Shown here one piece after another: positions 12,207-22,720 of a stretch of 64,000 bases of DNA (the first letter of the stretch is position 1; the number at the start of each line of letters is the position of its first letter). Under the pieces are notes generated by a model. The model ran no database searches. It was not told the DNA's origin and was given only the letters and a program-made list of their open reading frames with translations. A program made the translations under genes and the position numbers. Source of the stretch: Trichosphaerium sp. ATCC 40318 (Eukaryota; Protista; Tubulinea). The DNA lies in contig JALMLS010000216.1 in assembly GCA_038496445.1 (NCBI GenBank), positions 124,001 through 188,000 on the forward strand. The letters run 5' to 3'.

Positions 12207-13305
12207 AAAATATTGGTTTACTACGGAAAAAAAGTTAACGATTGCCAGTGAGGAACTCCATAAAGGATTGAAGCCAAAAACAAATTTCAAACAACGAAAA
12301 TCAAAATGGCGTTTAATGGGTTCATTTATCACGTACTGTATTCGTTTATTTTCTGGGTATACGCAAGTATCAACAGTACGTTCTAAATTTGTATTAGCAT
12401 AAATAATTACAGTAGAAACCAAAAAAAAACAAAAGAAAACTAGAAAAATTACCTAAATCATCTTGCAAGTCCAACTGACAACCAGCATCCATTAAAGCCT
12501 GAATAACACGATACTCGCCGAATTGTGTACCTAACATAACAGCAGTTTCACCAAAGTTGTTTCTGGCATCCACCTATGAACATACTGAGCCAAAAGAACG
12601 TTGAGAGGCAAAATCAAAAAATTGAAAAAAAACAAATGTCAAATGAGTTTGGTTTGACAGCGTTGTTCGGTATCCACGTAATTGACTGTAGGGGGTAGCG
12701 TACGTCTATGACGTCTAGTTTTAGAATGTCTTTTACGCATTCATGATGTCCGTAGTTTGATGCTAGGTGTAATACGTTATTTCCTCTATCATCTACCTCT
12801 TCGTTCAAGTCTACGCCTGTATCTTGCACTATGTATCGAATGTTGCTAGTAATGATTAGAATATTGTTGATTGGCGTAATACAATCTATTTCGACTAATA
12901 CACGCGTGCGTGGTAGTTTTAAGGTGGATTAATACAAAATAGCGTACGGGCCATGACCACCTTTTGCTGCGCTAACAAGCGCTTTTCTGATGGCTGTGCG
13001 ATCATTTACATCTACCACTGGTGGTCTTCCTTTGCCAGTCTTTGAACCAAGTTCAGGCATTGGCATGTGTTTGGCCTCTCTGTGCATGTAGTGCTTGTCG
13101 TATATTTTACCCCGCCACACAGAGGAACCATGAGCGAGTGGGCCTCGTATACCCTTGATTTTTAATAAGTATGCTATAATGAACTTCCATGTACCTGTGT
13201 AGTGAACTGACGAGAACTTTGTACTGTTTTACGCGTATTAAGCTTTTTATTGGCAATAACTGCCTTTGTAGCGCATAGACGCGTTCCAGCGCGTACCACG
13301 AACAT
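12207..13305 (-). CDS. Ankyrin-repeat protein with probable mitochondrial presequence
   Basis: N-terminus MFVVRAGTRLCATKAVIANKKLNTRK (basic, no acidic residues); ankyrin repeats DDRGNNVLHLASNYGHHECVKDIL and NNFGETAVML. The 3' end is uncertain. Confidence 0.65.
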
Positions 13306-13787
13306 CTTGCCTTGTTTATCGCAACTGCAAACAAATACAGTCAAGTACAGTCTTGTAGCGACTTGGAAAAAAACAAACACAAAACTATGTCACAATCAAA
13401 GCGTTTTTCTTTATATTAGGTAACCAAAAATTACGCCGCGCGCACTGCAATGCTCCACAGGTGGCTTTATTCAGCCCACCTTACGGCCAGGTAAGTATTA
13501 CGATGAAGCACGCCGCTGATAGCACTATCATTGTAGTGATCGCTAGCAGGTGCGTACGTGGTTAAGTATGTGATGTCAGTGAGATTTGTTTTAGTGCTAC
13601 ATGCCAAAAATTATTGTGGACTCGGTCGTTGAAAAAAAATAACCACGTAGGCCGAGTATATAATGATTAGAGGTAATTCTTTCGTACATGGAGTTATGCT
13701 TGCCCTCTTTCTGGCAACTACAATACTTTTTGGGGGTTTTAAATGTTTTTGGTTTTGAAGAATCTTTGAGCGCGTTTGTATGGTGTT

Positions 13788-14403
13788 CTAGTTTCTTAAA
13801 AATCGAAGGACAGCGTCTGTGGCAGTCTTTGAAAATTGCTTAATATCTTGTTCTGCGATTGGCACCTCTTCACTGCTCTTTAGTGCTGTTCGTTGTGCTA
13901 TTTCATCAGGATCTGTTTCAAACAAGATACCTCCATCTATCAATTCGTCCAAGGCAATTAATACGTAGTCAAGATTCTCTAAAACCATGCGTTTGTCAAT
14001 GAGACCGCGTAATAAAATCGATATAGCGTCGTAGTATCTAGTAATAAAAAGTTACAACAATTGTAGCTTTTAAAATAACGTGCGAGTTCAAAATACTCCA
14101 TAAGATAAGCTCATTTTCATGTTGATCGCCAATAACGTAAAAAATAAGGTCTGCAGCGCTAAAACAACTAAGAACCAACTACAACGCTACTAAATTAACG
14201 TACCTTTTGTACACGACGATGTATTTATTAAAGAGAGCAATGTCAGAACTGCTTTTGTGTGTTTTTTCCCATAGGCTTTTTTCAAACGCTTCCTTTTCTT
14301 TCTCAGCCCCAAATTCGTCCTCAATTTGTGGGTAATACTTAGCAACAATACGTTTGCCTTTAGAATCAAGAATAAGAAGAGCTTTTACGCTGTACAGCGA
14401 CAT
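13788..14403 (-). CDS. COPZ1: Coatomer subunit zeta; 3 exons
   Basis: MSLYSVKALLILDSKGKRIVAKYY; DLIFYVIGDQHENELIL; LENLDYVLIALDELIDGGILFETDP. The second intron is GC-AG. Confidence 0.95.
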
Positions 14404-14639
14404 TATGCTTTGTTATTTAGCAACGTAAGCAAAATAACCCATGTACGTTGAGGGCAAAGTCGTAAAAGGTCAACAAACCACGAATTGTACGGATCGCAAA
14501 TCTCAAAAAGTTTGGCTAGACGTTGTATACAAAGCGCGACTGTTTAACGCAAGATACAAGTACACTAGTAAAGCGGTTAACATTAACCAGAAGCTCACAT
14601 AAGTGTATTTGGTTTGGCGAGTTATTTAAAGAGCCAGAG

Positions 14640-17600
14640 ATGGCAACGCAGTACGTGCATAATTGAATTCAACGCAATTAGAGTGCAAAATCGGTTTGGG
14701 GTGTTTTTTAATGTAGCGCTTATCGTGACTGACATGCATGCGCGTCAGCTCTTTCATGCTCGACACTGTTTTCACTGGCTAACATACCATTTAGTAAGAA
14801 ACAAACATCTCTTGATTCAGGCTCAATCTCAGATGGCTTAGCGTTCGCAGCTGCCCAGAAAAGTGGCATTTCAAGACGTATGTCCAAAAAACGGGTATGG
14901 TAGGGTTTGTTGTTTATTGTTTACGCGTTTCTAGGGCTTGGGGTTATACAAAGACATACTCGCGGGTACTACTCAAGGAGCAACTTTCGAAACAGTACAA
15001 GAAGCACTCATTGTATGCTTCGAGCTAGTACCTGACGAATGCTTGCGTGAATGTACGTTTTTTACCGACCTAATAAAATCTAAATAAAAAAAATCAGATT
15101 ATGATTCCTAACGTAAAACTACCTTAGATTATACTTGCACACTACGTCGTAATGGATTTACAAGTGATACACCAGGATTACTATATATTACAAATCTCCG
15201 TGTATGCTTTTTCTCGAGAGGTAGATTCCACAATGACACTGGAGTACGTTTTTTTTTTGTTGGTTTTTCTTTTTTTTTTTTTTTGTGACTCCGTTTCAAA
15301 TTAGGAATGTTTTTGTTTTTGTTTTTTTCACTACTTGAGTAACGCTTGTACTGTAGTATAAATTCAGCTTTGAAGACCTTTTGGAGGTGAGAGCGCCACC
15401 CGGTAACTCATATATTACGTTTGTTACAGCTAGGTCTGAAAAGAAGGTACGTTTCTATTGAGCACTCTTTTTTTTTGACTCCGAGTTTACTTAGTACACC
15501 TTCACTGCCTTTGAAAATCGTGATAAAACATTCGAATTAATACAAAAGATCTTATTTGGTTTTTCTGGAAATTACGCTGTTCATACAGCAGTACAAGTAC
15601 AGGATCAAGCTAAACTAAGGGCTATACTCACAAGAGATGTTACAAAACTCAATCTTGAGAATTCAAAGAATCTTGTTCCTCTTGAGGTTGCTATCTTGGG
15701 AAGTAGTGAATCTTTAGTTCGTCTCATTTTGAGCTTCTACGGGTACTTCGAAACCTTGTTTATAGGTTATTTCTGACGTTGATGGTTCAGGCAGCACCGT
15801 GAGAGAGTTAGTTTGGATCGCTTGGACTCTCAAAAGGAGAACTACTTACATTTTGCTTTTCGCAATAGTAAAGAAGTTGATATATCAGATTCTGTTCTCC
15901 TTACTCTTATTGACTATATTGGAAACTCTCCAAATGGACAAGATATGGTTGCTGGAAAGAATATTGATGGTAATACACCTCTCCATTACTTTTGTAGATA
16001 CTGTCCTTCCTTGAATTGCAAAAAACTGGGTACGCTTTGTTTGAGCTGTCTACGGATGTTTGAGCTTATACTTTGAAGGTGAAACTCTTTTGAAGAATGG
16101 TGCTGATGTTAATGCAAGGAACGATGTTGGTGAAACACCGTTACATAAGGCGGTTGATAATAGAAAAGTCAGGTATATGTTTGAATGACATCTGTTTATC
16201 TCTTGATTGATGGCTTACTCTGTTTTGTTTTGTTTAGAGTCTTCATGGTTGAAATGCTTCTTAGATACCATGCAAGTGTTAACACAGCTAATTCTCAAGG
16301 AGAAACAGCTCTACATTGGGCAGCCAGGTAAGGTGAATCCTAGGTTTAAATGGCTTACTTGGTATAGACGTGGTCGTCAAGATATGGTTCTTATGTTGAT
16401 AGAAAGTGGTGCAGATGTATCTAAACGAGGTGGTAAAAATAATTACACACCAAGGGAGGTCGTAGAAAAGGAGATTGAACATCATCGTTCCTGTGTGAGT
16501 TTCCATTAGTTTTTTAAACTTACGTTATTGATTGTATTTCACAGGGTGTTGCACCTACAGATTTTACAATCATGAACCTACGGAAATGTATTGAGTTGCT
16601 CAAACAAACTGAGTGTGCGTTGCAGCTTTTTATTTTTATCTTGAAGACATTAATATTCGTTTCAGATACAATGAAGTGGTTGAGGGATTTGGGTATTAGT
16701 GATTTTTATGATAATTTTATTGAACGTAAAATGCACACCATTGATGCACTTTGTGCTATCGATGAAGGTATATTAGCAGAGATGGGTATTAAAGTTACAG
16801 TGGGACTACGTTTAAAGTTCGGTAGAGCGGTCAAACTATTAAGAGAAATGCGGTGTACGCTATTGTTTCCATTATTTTTTTTTCTTGCTTTTGTAGGGCG
16901 ATATGACTTTTTGGTGATATCTTGTTTTCTTTTCCTATTTCTTTCTTGTTTCTAAACGTTATTTTAGCGCGTGAAGTAAAGCGCATGGAAAAAGACAAAC
17001 GAGAATTAGAGGAAGCCCAAAGGGAAGCTAAAATGCGTGAAGGAAAACAACGTAGAGCACTTGCTCTTAAAAAACGTGCTGCAAGGAAAGAAGCTTTGGA
17101 AGATGTTAAGGGCAGTGCTCCTGTAGATATACTTGAAGATAAGGTACTACAAACAATTCTTATATTAAAACAACACCTAACATGCATAGGTGGATGTCAC
17201 AACGATTCTAAAGGCTTTGGGTGTAGACAAGTCTTCAGAACTTATACTGTCAAATTCAAGAGTGGAGTATACTCAAGTTCTTGGTGTTGGATCAGCCGGT
17301 ACTGTTTACAAAGGTATTCTAGACGACAACACACAAATAGCAGTCAAAGTATTAAATAATACTGATGCAATGGATGAAGTTGATGAATTTAAAAAAGAGT
17401 TTTTGGTACGGCAGTTTTCAACATTTTTCGATACAATGCACATGCGAAGAACAAACAAATTAATAACTTCGTAGATTTTAAGTCAAGTCGAGTCCGAGCA
17501 CATTATAAAGTTCTATGGTATAGTGCTCGAACCAGAGTTATGTATGGTAATGGAGTACTGCTCCAGACGTATGTTTATTTTGTTTTCTCGGTCAAGAGTT

Positions 17601-18662
17601 TGTCGCTAACTGTAATTTTTTACAGGCTCACTCTTCCATGTGCTTAATGACCCACTTATACATATCGGATGGCCTAGATTCTTTGCCTTTTCTACGGATA
17701 TGGCAAGGGGCATGGATTACCTCCACACGTGGGATCTTTCTCCCATCTTTCATAGGGACTTCAAGTCCTTAAACTTATTGGTGAGTAACATATTAAAAAA
17801 AAGAAACACATGGAGTTTTAAATATCTGCTGTTTAGGTTTCTGAGGATTGGAGCATTAAACTCTGTGATTTTAATCTCAGCAGGACACAAGGACCAGATT
17901 TAAAGACGCTAAAGAAAGTCTGTGGAACTTATGCTTATTGTGCACCTGAGTTGTTCAACGAGACCGGCGTGTTTACTGACAAGGCCGATATGTATAGTAT
18001 GGGTATAGTGTTATGGGAGCTCATTTTCCGTATCATAAAGTACGACTTGGAACGAAACCAACTTTGTATTTTCGTTATCTTATGTATAAATTAGGTTACG
18101 ATACGGGAGACCATACGAGGAGTACCCTCATATTCAACGTGATTTCCAGATTTTATTCCAAAGCTCGTTGGTACGAGGAAGAGTTTTTCTTTTCTTTTTC
18201 TTTTCTTAGTTTTTTCTGATTTTCTTTAATTTTTAGGGACTACGTCCAACGTTACCAGAAACTACGCCACAGGGCATAGCTAGTATATTCCATTCTCTAA
18301 CTCATGCCAAACACACAGAACGCTTTAGTGCTGGAGAAGTACGTAGTACAGCTTTTTTAATCTAGTGAGAAGCTTATCAGTTTTTTTTTTTTCAGACTGT
18401 TATCAAACTGCGTGAAAACTTTGAATTGTACAAAGAAAACCGCAGAGGATGGGATGAATGTATAGCAACAGAACCAGTAGTAAAAAAATTATCTCGTACC
18501 AAGCCAGATTTGGACAAGAGAACACCAAGGTTAGTAGTAATTTTTTTTGTTGTTACTTTGTTTTGATGCTCATCAATTTACCCTTGCTTTAGAAAAAATA
18601 GTACAAGAGCAAAATCAAAAGCTAAAGTCCAAAAGAAGAGGTCAGATATCTCTACTACGTAG
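14640..18662 (+). CDS. GRAM-ankyrin-SAM-TKL protein kinase; multi-exon
   Basis: GRAM-like CTLRR..IPGLLYITNLRVCFFS; ankyrins GNTPLHYFC, GETPLHKA, GETALHWA; SAM WLRDLGISDFYDNF; kinase GVGSAGTVYKG, IAVK, HRDFKSLN, DFN, GTYAYCAPE, DMYSMGIVLWE. Confidence 0.9.
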
Positions 18663-19736
18663 TACACTAGTTGTGGTACCACTGTTACAGTTAAAAAAAG
18701 TGGAGAGGTTGAAAATTGGTTTGGTTTTTTTTTTCATCAAAAAAAAATACCAGACTAGTTCCTCTCTACTTTTTTCATAAATTTGTAAAATATGTACTTT
18801 AAATGCGAAAAATGTCAGGCTTTATTAGCTGCGTTTATGTTTGCACCTTGTGCTATTGAAATAAAAATAATAAATAAACAAAAATGTGGGGAACTTTGAA
18901 ATCACAGAGATTGCAGCTATGTTTTCTTGGCCTTCCGAATAAGGTAATTGTCGACATTACTTTGCACAAATTATCAGTCGTTTCCACTGATCTTAGTGTC
19001 GAAGAGCGTAGATTGGAAAACTCTTGTAAGCTTTGGTGCCGTAAATTATTTTTACACCATTGATCGAAAGCAGTCCATTAACCTTTATTCTTTTGGCACC
19101 TTGAAAGTGTACAACACAAGGTTGTTAAAAAGGCTAAAACCACAATTTTTTTCGCCAAGTATTGGCTTTAAAAGTGTTTGGATATTAAATATCTAGTACC
19201 CAAGTCGCAAAGTTGTAGCTTAGCGTAGAAACTCTTGAGGGCTGACAGTAATGGATTCCAATAATACATGATCATTATGATAATTGACGTGACGTTAAGT
19301 GGTGATTAAAATTTCGTATTAGTTACAATTTTAATATTGCCTAAGGAACTGTACACTGTTGAACCTAAAAAACACTCTTCTGTGTGCGTAGAAATACTGT
19401 ACACGTGACAATCAGTTATATTTTTAAATTACAACAGCATCCAGTAGACCCTTAGAAATAAATAGTCCTAAACAGTACGAACAAACGCCTTTTATTACAA
19501 CAATAATTTCATTTTATAAAACGGTTTTCAAGGTTCATAACGTGATGCAAAACCAATATTCAGAGCGATTCAACACATATTTGAAAGCTTTCTTTTGATT
19601 GATTGAGTCATAGATAGTTTCTGTGAAAAAAAAGAGCTTTCAAATATGGTTTACGCTCAAGTAGCTTTTTGAACTAGTTTGGCATCACGTGGAGAAAAGT
19701 ATTTTCCCCTTAATTATTTTATTGGTTGTGACACTC

Positions 19737-21086
19737 ATGAGAAGCACTTCCAACACTAAAGATTGTCAACTAAAACGGAAACTAGTGGAACTTCGGCAAG
19801 ACCGTTCTGATTTGGACATCACTCACGGAATAGAAATTGTACGGAAATTGTTCATGTCATTGTTATTTCTTTCGCAACTATTCCGTTTTTTTTCGTAGCA
19901 AAGGCACACTCCTCTCTAAATGCACAAAACATAGGAAAATGACGCTGAAACAGATTATCGCTCTCTACAGGATCTTCCAGCTGAGATTCTGCTTGATATA
20001 GTTGATATTGACTCAGAGGTGTATATTAAAATGCCACTTTTATCAAAAGAGACAGCAATGAAAACTAGATTTAATAGTGATTTGACAAAAAAGGGTAAGT
20101 GGCTGCAAGTAATACAATACGGCAAAGACTATGTCATAAAACTCAAACAGTGTTACTATATCAACGGCATTCTAGACAGAGAGTACAGAGAGTGGTGTGT
20201 GTTTGGTCCACTGGTTAAACAGTGTTACTACATAAATGGTAAACTAGAAGGAGAGTACAAAGAATGGTACGGCGGTACAAGGTTTAGGGTTTCCTTGACA
20301 AAGCATTGTTGTTATGTAAATGGAAAACTTGATGGAGAGTACAAAGAATGGTTCAAGGACGGCAATATAAGTATACATTGTTACTATAAAAATGGTATAC
20401 ACGATGGAGAGTACAAACAATGGTTTGAGTGTGGTACAATGAGCGTGCATTGTTTCTATGTAAATGGAAAACTTGATGGAGAGTACAAAGAGCGGTTTAT
20501 GGACGGCGAAGTGATTTTGTTTTCTTATACAGCAAACACAAAAAGGTTTAATCGCTTAAAACCGCGACTGTTTCTATGTAAATGGAAACTTGATGGAGAG
20601 TTAAAAGAATGGTCTACGGACGGGAATATGAGCGTACATTGTTTCTATGTAGACGGAAAACTTAATGGCAAGTACGAAAAGATGTCTAAGAATGGTAAAA
20701 CACATACACTTTGTTACTATGTAAATGGAGTACACCACGGAGAGTATAAAAAATGGAAAACAAAAAGGACCAAAATTTGGTATGACACAAGGATTTTAGA
20801 TGATACTTTGATCCGACATTGTTATTATAACAACGGTAAATTTAATGGTGATTACAAGCAGTGGTATTACTGCGGTAACTTGAAGAAGCAATGTTGTTAT
20901 TTGAATGGTAAACGTGAAGGAGAGTACAAAGAGTGGTATCAGAATGGTAAATTACGTAAGCAATGCTACTATTCAAATGGTAAACTAGACGGAGAGTACA
21001 AAGAGTGGTATCAGAATGGTAAATTACGTAAGCAATGCTACTATTCAAATGGTAAACTAAGTAGGCACTATCATCATACAAAATGA
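19737..21086 (+). CDS. F-box-like + MORN-variant repeat protein
   Basis: Upstream of the called ORF the frame reads DLPAEILLDIVDID (F-box-like). About 12 repeats of 24 aa follow (CYYxNGKLDGEYKEWYxxG). The first exon/start is tentative. Confidence 0.8.
20919..21059 (+). repeat. Perfect tandem duplication (69 identical nt, 72-nt period) of one MORN unit
   Basis: 20919-20987 is identical to 20991-21059 (GEYKEWYQNGKLRKQCYYSNGKL). Confidence 0.95.
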
Positions 21087-21321
21087 GATTAAAACAAGAA
21101 TGTTAACTTTAAACTATTATGCAAAAAGCAAGTTATACACAATACCATTGCAGTAAAAAAAAGCTAGCTGTAAAACCACGTGTTTGATTTGTTTACTGTA
21201 TTTCAAATTTACTTAATTTCAGAAATGTAGTTGCTTTAGTAACCGTACAGATCATTCGTGTAGGAGTTCAATGGGCTTGGGACGCAACGCTTAGTTTGAA
21301 CAATGATAGTGATCAACCAAC

Positions 21322-21518
21322 ATTTTCTTTAATTTTTGGTTCGGCACAGCGACAAGCGCATGTGCCGATGAGACACAAAAATTGTACCCCACGGCGTTAT
21401 CTTACTTTAGCCACCTGCACAAAGTGCATTACGGGCTGTTCTAAAGTATTGACTCTGCCTACATGATCACAGAAGACACAGAAACAGGTACGTAATCTTT
21501 GGTATTCAGAAATAGAAA
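21322..21518 (+). repeat. Dispersed repeat copy 2 (kinase-derived fragment)
   Basis: Aligns by eye with 597-782 and with the reverse complement of 58195-58420. The exon-like part reads HLHKVHYGLF*SIDSAYMITEDTETG|gtacgt. Confidence 0.85.
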
Positions 21519-21836
21519 TTAAGTAAGTATTAGTATATTCTTTGCTCATACAGTATGCGTTATTTTAACTCAAAAAGCACGAAAAAAACCAGAAGGTGCA
21601 AGTTCGGTGAATTTTAGTTTCTCCTGAACTTGCAATGACGGAACGTTAACCCATTGAATAACAACTATGGCCAGTGAGAAAGTTAGAAGCTCAACGTATT
21701 TTGGAGTTCGCTCTATGTGCTTGATTTGTGAACGTTCTAGCAATGTCATCGCCTTAGTCCTAAAAGATAATACATTTATGGATAGTATAAGTGTTCTTTA
21801 TTTACAGTTGTTGTGTTTTGTCACAAGGCCACATTG

Positions 21837-22184
21837 TTACTTAAATATAGCAGCAGGAGGGCAAAAAATCTCTAGTACGAAAAAATAGTCTTCTGGAGCA
21901 TCAGGATCATAGACATGCTTCATGCCTTTACATCCTTTGCACTTCCACCCGTGTTCCCGCTTATCCATGAACTTGTGTTTGTGTAAATTACAGTACCAGT
22001 CTCCACATACTGAGCAATACCGAGGCTTCTTTCCTTGCCAGTCTTTTTTGTATTTCACTCTTCTATGGTTTTCTCCTACTACAATTCTATCGCATGCAGT
22101 ACATGTTGTATTTGCATCAAACGGAGGTAGGTTAGGTATTATTTCTTCTCCTTTCTTTGGCTTGCGTCGCTTGGTTTCTGACAT
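21837..22184 (-). CDS. Small intronless Cys/His zinc-finger protein (FYVE/PHD-like spacing)
   Basis: 115-aa ATG ORF with CTAC...CSVC-x4-CxxH...CKGC (8 potential ligands) and a basic N-terminus. Confidence 0.7.
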   Translation of the reverse strand: MSETKRRKPKKGEEIIPNLPPFDANTTCTACDRIVVGENHRRVKYKKDWQGKKPRYCSVCGDWYCNLHKHKFMDKREHGWKCKGCKGMKHVYDPDAPEDYFFVLEIFCPPAAIFK

Positions 22185-22579
22185 TGATTTGTTGTTAGGT
22201 TAGACGTGTTTCTTGTTGAGATTAATGATAATGAATATCAAACTTAAAGACAGTTAAGTGTTTGTAATGATGCGACACGTGAGGCTAATACACCGGTTAG
22301 TGGTTAGATTATTGCAAAAGAGCACAATGGAGGCAAACGCAAAAAGTTGTACTTAATTGAAGGCGCGTGTCATTTCGTAAAAGAAATTAGTACGAACAAT
22401 AGTGGTCCACTGAAAAAACGACGTTTGGGGCTAACAATGATACCTTCATGGTGTTCTACTTATAAAGACAGCGCTTTCGGGGATCGGGGCAATAGTATGG
22501 GCCTGTTCAATTAAAAGTTAAAATAACGTGCAAACCCTTTTCGGGCAAGAGTAGTTGATAAGAAAAATACTTCAGCAAA

Positions 22580-22720
22580 AAATGACTTCAAAGGAACTCA
22601 ACCTTACAGAAGTGGTCAATACGCTCACTTAGTTTGATGCCAACGTAGATGTCCGACAGCTTTAGAGGCAAACTTGAAGTTGGTCCGCCTGTTTAATACA
22701 GAGACATCATGAAAGAGTGG
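22580..22720 (+). pseudogene. Ankyrin-repeat relic
   Basis: NLTEVVNTLT*FDANVDVR, then after a frameshift ALEANLKLVRLF, resembling ankyrin helices. Confidence 0.3.

Noticed and set aside
20130-21060. CRISPR-like periodic array
   Set aside because: The periodicity is the 72-nt coding MORN unit in an open frame. There are no unique spacers or cas genes.
21480-21505. Spliced-leader RNA reading of the dispersed repeat (donor GTACGT followed by Sm-like AATCTTTG)
   Set aside because: The Sm match is imperfect and abuts the donor. The upstream acceptor sites and kinase-like translation explain the structure better.
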